Shown here: positions 28,136 through 32,000 of the stretch, one piece after another
Layout of the letters: the number at the start of each line of letters is the position of its first letter
Position numbering within the stretch: position 1 is the stretch's first letter
Source of the DNA: Aliivibrio fischeri ES114
GTDB lineage: Bacteria; Pseudomonadota; Gammaproteobacteria; Enterobacterales; Vibrionaceae
NCBI RefSeq assembly: GCF_000011805.1
Contig: NC_006842.1
DNA length: 32,000 nucleotides
Reading direction: 5' to 3' (one strand)
The notes under the pieces: generated by a model
Database searches by the model: none
The model's input: only the letters and a program-made list of their open reading frames with translations
What the model was told of the DNA's origin: nothing
Made by a program: the position numbers and the translations under genes

Positions 28136-28651
28136 ATGAATAATTCCATAGAACGCTTACGTGAAGGGATCCAAGAGTTAATTAATACCCACAGCAACGC
28201 ATCTAAGATCTACATAATAAGATCTTTATTTGATCTGCTTGATGACGCAATTAAGAACAGAGTATCTATAGATATTCTTGTTAATTACCTCAATGAAAAC
28301 CATGTAAACATCAGTAAGCATTATCTTAAAAATGCACTATTACGGATACGTAGAGAAAAAGGCATCACCAAAAAAAAACCATCTCAAGTATCGCTATCGC
28401 AAAACCACCAAGTCACAAGCGATAAATCGCTTGTGACCACAACAACGAAAAAAAGTAACGAACCCGATTATCAAGCTGAGTTCGACGACATCAATCAGCG
28501 TTATAAAAACGCAGAAACCACAGAAGAAAAATTCATCATTCTTGGTGGAGACCCCAAAAAACTTGATGGACATTCTTTGAGAAAACAACGCGAAATGTGC
28601 ATCGAATTAAAAACCCAATTTAATCGTAAATACCGTCCATTTATTAAATAG
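28136..28651 (+). CDS. StbA/TraK-like putative DNA-binding protein
   Basis: N-terminal predicted helical/HTH-like region; located between oriT candidate and stbB-like gene; assignment mainly by context. Confidence 0.5.
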   Translation: MNNSIERLREGIQELINTHSNASKIYIIRSLFDLLDDAIKNRVSIDILVNYLNENHVNISKHYLKNALLRIRREKGITKKKPSQVSLSQNHQVTSDKSLVTTTTKKSNEPDYQAEFDDINQRYKNAETTEEKFIILGGDPKKLDGHSLRKQREMCIELKTQFNRKYRPFIK

Positions 28652-28662
28652 AGAATTAAAAT

Positions 28663-29361
28663 ATGAAAATTGCAGTAATTAACTTTTCAGGTAACGTTGG
28701 TAAATCTGTTATTTCACAGCACTTATTACAACCTCGTATGAATGATGCAAAAATCATTGCCGTTGAATCCATTAATTCAGATGGCACAAATAATGAAACC
28801 ATTAAAGGCAAAGAATTTGCCGATATTATGGAAAGCATCAGTGAAATGGATGATGTTATTGTTGATATTGGTGCATCTAACGTCGAAGACTTTATGAAAA
28901 AAATGAAATTATTCAGTGGAAGCCAAGACGATTTTGATTATTTTATTGTTCCAACAATAAATAAACCAAAACAATTAACTGATACACAATCCACTATTAA
29001 TGAATTACACGAACTAGATATTGACCCTGAATGCATTAAAGTTGTTTTTAATATGGTTGATATTGACGACAATATGAAACGTGTTTTTGCCGATCTAATT
29101 GATGATTGTGACCACATGGCAACCATTAATACAAAAGCCATTATTTATGAAAACGAGTTATTCACTCGTTTAAAAAGCGAATCAAAAAGTATTGCTGAAT
29201 TAATTAATGACGACACCGATTATAAAACTCAAATTCAAGCAACCGATAACCGTATTACACGTCGTGAATTATCCCATAAGCTAGGAACGAAACGATTAGC
29301 AATAGGCGTTTCAAAACAGCTCGATAATACATTTAAAGTTCTCTTTGGTAAGAAGGCATAA
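28663..29361 (+). CDS. stbB: StbB/TraL-like P-loop ATPase (ParA/MinD-like)
   Basis: MKIAVINFSGNVGKSVISQHLL deviant Walker A; 'DDVIVDIGASN'. Confidence 0.75.
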   Translation: MKIAVINFSGNVGKSVISQHLLQPRMNDAKIIAVESINSDGTNNETIKGKEFADIMESISEMDDVIVDIGASNVEDFMKKMKLFSGSQDDFDYFIVPTINKPKQLTDTQSTINELHELDIDPECIKVVFNMVDIDDNMKRVFADLIDDCDHMATINTKAIIYENELFTRLKSESKSIAELINDDTDYKTQIQATDNRITRRELSHKLGTKRLAIGVSKQLDNTFKVLFGKKA

Positions 29362-29364
29362 TAT

Positions 29365-29925
29365 ATGAGCTCAGAAGAACTAGTTTTACCATCCAAACCA
29401 ATGACGTCATATCAAGAAGCGTATTTACGCGAAATATTCAGTGAAATCATTTTACTTCAAAAGAAACTCACTGAAATTGGCAACGAATCAACCATGCGCA
29501 TTGGTATCACTCAAAATATTATTGATGAGCATTTAGAGCGTGGCTCTAAAGCTCTTGATAATTATACTCAAGCGGCCAACGCGCATTTCTCTGCGACAAA
29601 GCAAGAACTCAAAGACATTGCCGATAATGAAGTCAAAACCAGTATTACAAAATCACTCATTGATGCACACCATCAATTACTGCTCGCTAATCCGCCTAGA
29701 ATCGCCCTACGCTCCGTTTTAATGATGACCCTAGTCGCTTCTATCGTTGCAAGCACTATCGGCTTAGGAGGCGGTTATATTGCGTATAACACCCTAAACA
29801 AGAATCGATTGAGTGCCGATGAAATTCAATACATCGATAAAGGCCGATTGCTAAAGCAATCGTGGCCGATATTGTCCCCACAAACCAAAAAAGAATTAGA
29901 GCAAGCCGCGCTCGGTATTCGTTAA
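29365..29925 (+). CDS. StbC/TraM-like membrane-associated conjugation protein
   Basis: 186 aa, helical N-terminus, TM 'SVLMMTLVASIVASTIGLGGGYIAY'; third gene of the trio. Confidence 0.55.
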   Translation: MSSEELVLPSKPMTSYQEAYLREIFSEIILLQKKLTEIGNESTMRIGITQNIIDEHLERGSKALDNYTQAANAHFSATKQELKDIADNEVKTSITKSLIDAHHQLLLANPPRIALRSVLMMTLVASIVASTIGLGGGYIAYNTLNKNRLSADEIQYIDKGRLLKQSWPILSPQTKKELEQAALGIR

Positions 29926-30003
29926 GTCTTGTTTCTGTTTACCCACAATCGGCTCACGAGAGTGGGTTTAAGTCTCTTACCGCCTCATGTGGATAAACAG
30001 AAA
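29926..30003. repeat. Copy 1 of duplicated DnaA-box hairpin element
   Basis: 15-position outer stem 29932-29946/29989-30003 (one mismatch); perfect DnaA box TGTGGATAA at 29988-29996 and one-mismatch TTACCCACA at 29939-29947. Confidence 0.85.
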
Positions 30004-30009
30004 ATAAAC

Positions 30010-30034
30010 CTCATCGCTTTGATGGGATTTTTTT
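30010..30034 (+). terminator. Possible intrinsic terminator between the two hairpin elements
   Basis: CTCATC-gcttt-GATGGG then T7. Confidence 0.5.
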
Positions 30035-30091
30035 ATTCCTCCCCTTAAATCATTAAATCCGAAAAAATAAGAGCACCTCGCTGTGAGTGTT

Positions 30092-30169
30092 GTCTCGTTC
30101 CTATTTACCCACAATCGGCTCACGAGAGTGGGTTTAGGTCTCTTGCCGCCTCATGTGGATAAATAGGAA
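30092..30169. repeat. Copy 2 of duplicated DnaA-box hairpin element
   Basis: 71/78 identical to copy 1 at an offset of 166 bp; TGTGGATAA at 30154-30162, TTACCCACA at 30105-30113; stem preserved by compensatory changes. Confidence 0.85.
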
Positions 30170-30210
30170 TTGGATCATGATTGTTGGGGATACTTTTTAA
30201 GGCTATCACC

Positions 30211-30951
30211 ATGCAAATAAAAACAACCATCAAGGCCATCGCCTTGGGGCTTTCGCTCACCATCCCTTCTGTACACGCTGGATTTCCTGTTTCTGTATTA
30301 GTTGATGTTCCTGGTCAATTAGCACAATTTCAAAATATGGCTCAAATGCTTAAGGAATACGCCACGATGCTAGACCAGCTCAACAAGATGCAAGAGCAAT
30401 TACAGCAAATGGAACGGGAATATAATTCCGTGACAGGGACACGGGGACTTGGGAACATTTTAAACAATCCTGATTTTTCAAAACACTTACCTGATAACTG
30501 GCAAACCATCTTAAGAAATATTCGTTATAACGGGTATGAGGGATTAGATGGTGCAGCAAAAGCATTGCGTGACGCGAGTAAAGTCATTGATTCTTGTGAG
30601 TACATTGAAGATCGAGTGGAACGTCAAAACTGCGCCGCCCTTGCACTGAAACCAGTGCAAGACCAAGCATTTGCAACAAATGCTTATCAAAAATCGTATG
30701 ATCGCACCGCTCAAATTGAATCATTAATGAATGAAATCAACAGAACGCGAGATCCAAAAGCCATCGCTGAATTAAGCGCACGTATTCAAGCTGAGCAAGC
30801 ACTTATCCAAAACGAACAAACCAAACTTTCCATGTATCAGGCAACCAGTGAATCAGAGCAACGTTTGTTGCTTCAACAACAAAAAGAAATTAACTCAAGA
30901 ACATGGCGAAGCAAAAACTATGGTGCAGATGTACCACCAATGGAGTTTTAA
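30211..30951 (+). CDS. virB5: VirB5-like T4SS minor pilin protein
   Basis: Signal peptide, 'GFPVSVLVDVPGQLAQFQNMAQMLKEYATMLDQLNKMQEQLQQMEREYNSVTGTRGLGNILN'; start 30211 (track start 30181). Confidence 0.9.
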   Translation: MQIKTTIKAIALGLSLTIPSVHAGFPVSVLVDVPGQLAQFQNMAQMLKEYATMLDQLNKMQEQLQQMEREYNSVTGTRGLGNILNNPDFSKHLPDNWQTILRNIRYNGYEGLDGAAKALRDASKVIDSCEYIEDRVERQNCAALALKPVQDQAFATNAYQKSYDRTAQIESLMNEINRTRDPKAIAELSARIQAEQALIQNEQTKLSMYQATSESEQRLLLQQQKEINSRTWRSKNYGADVPPMEF

Positions 30952-30953
30952 TA

Positions 30954-31988
30954 ATGAAAATTACCGTATTCAATTTTATTGGAACAACAATCGACGATCT
31001 AACAAACAACTTTATTGCATCAGGTATTGGGGGGTTAATTGATATATTACAACCCTTTATCATTGCAGGAGTCACCTTGTACATTATGATCAGAGCTTAC
31101 GGCCAGATATTTGGTAAAGGTGAAGATCTCGCTATTGATTTAGTGATTCATGGCCTAACCGTGATTGCCGTTACAACCTTGGTCTTAAATATTCACAATT
31201 ACACTTATTATGTCGTCGAAGGACTCAATGCATTTGCAAGTGGTGTATCAGGAGCCATCAATAAAACCGATGGAAATATCTATAATACCTTAGATGAACT
31301 TCTTGAAAGTGGCATTGCTCAAGCCTCTTATTGTTTTGATAAAGTCGGATTGCTTAATGATTGGGGATGGGGATTTGCAGGAATAGTGATTGCAGGAGCT
31401 ATCGTTACCATTACTTTGCTATCAGCTGTCCTAATTATTGGTACTAAATTTCTTCTTACTATGTTATTCGTTATCGGACCCCTTTTTATTGTCTTTGCGA
31501 TTTACCCTGTCACCCGTCGATATTTTGAGGGATGGGTAACTAAGTTAATGGAAAACGCCTTGGTTCAAATCTTTGGGGTAATGATCATTGGTCTATCACT
31601 CAGTATTATTAGTCATTTTATCTATTACAAAGATGCCAGTAGTACAGGAGTAAATCCACTTGGCGTATCAATTCAAATTTTAATTGTGAGTGGCATTTTA
31701 AGTTGGATCATAGCTCAAATTCCTAATTTAGCTGGCTCACTGGCTGGTGGATTCTCATCAAGCTCTTTATCGTTAGCTGCTGCCGTTGCTCCTATGCTTG
31801 CGGCAACTGCAATAGGAGCAAAATTTTTAAACGGTAAAAATATACCAACTGGCGGCATATCTTCTGAAACATGGGGAGAGCAACAATCGAACCAACTACG
31901 ACAAGGTGATTCAACGTCAACACCACAAGCCACCAAAATGGCTCAATCCGTTCACGATAAAATTGCAGAGCACAACCGAAACAATTAG
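30954..31988 (+). CDS. virB6: VirB6-like T4SS inner membrane protein
   Basis: Polytopic, 'GLTVIAVTTLVLNIHNYTYYVVEGLN', 'GPLFIVFAIYPVTRRYFEGWV'; start 30954 preferred over track start 30903. Confidence 0.92.
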   Translation: MKITVFNFIGTTIDDLTNNFIASGIGGLIDILQPFIIAGVTLYIMIRAYGQIFGKGEDLAIDLVIHGLTVIAVTTLVLNIHNYTYYVVEGLNAFASGVSGAINKTDGNIYNTLDELLESGIAQASYCFDKVGLLNDWGWGFAGIVIAGAIVTITLLSAVLIIGTKFLLTMLFVIGPLFIVFAIYPVTRRYFEGWVTKLMENALVQIFGVMIIGLSLSIISHFIYYKDASSTGVNPLGVSIQILIVSGILSWIIAQIPNLAGSLAGGFSSSSLSLAAAVAPMLAATAIGAKFLNGKNIPTGGISSETWGEQQSNQLRQGDSTSTPQATKMAQSVHDKIAEHNRNN

Positions 31989-32000
31989 GTAATAGCGAGT

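Noticed and set aside
29926-30169. CRISPR array interpretation of the repeated hairpin
   Set aside because: Only two 78-bp copies separated by 88 bp, no further repeats and no cas genes
29926-30169. ToxIN/type III toxin-antitoxin RNA repeats
   Set aside because: Only two widely spaced repeats and no adjacent endoribonuclease-like gene; downstream genes are clearly virB5/virB6

Overview
The window is the backbone of an AT-rich conjugative plasmid or ICE-like element. Vibrionaceae/Aliivibrio-type origin is an inference from composition and gene style; no database search was possible. Almost all genes are on the + strand. Gene order: a C-terminal ORF fragment and a small ORF; an R64/TCP-like type IVb pilus operon (PilL-N-like, TcpQ-like lipoprotein, PilN secretin, PilO, PilP, PilQ ATPase, PilR, PilS pilin, two pseudopilin/PilV-like proteins); a small secreted protein; a trypsin-like serine protease with a GlyGly-CTERM-like tail; a membrane ORF; a VirB-type T4SS (virB2, B3, B4, B7, B8, B9, B10, B11, virD4); a tail-less ssb; topB; an OmpA-like lipoprotein; a TrbM-like protein; a MobC-like RHH protein; a large relaxase with an LPD7-like C-terminus; a stbA/traK, stbB/traL, stbC/traM-like trio; then virB5 and virB6. 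The strongest unexplained signals are (1) two 78-bp near-identical non-coding elements at 29926-30003 and 30092-30169, each a long hairpin with a perfect DnaA box in one arm and a one-mismatch box in the other, with compensatory changes between copies; (2) a structured intergenic region (27904-28135) between the relaxase gene and the stb/tra-like trio, a strong oriT candidate; (3) an 81-codon ORF nested out of frame inside the relaxase gene, reminiscent of nested mobB/mbeB genes.
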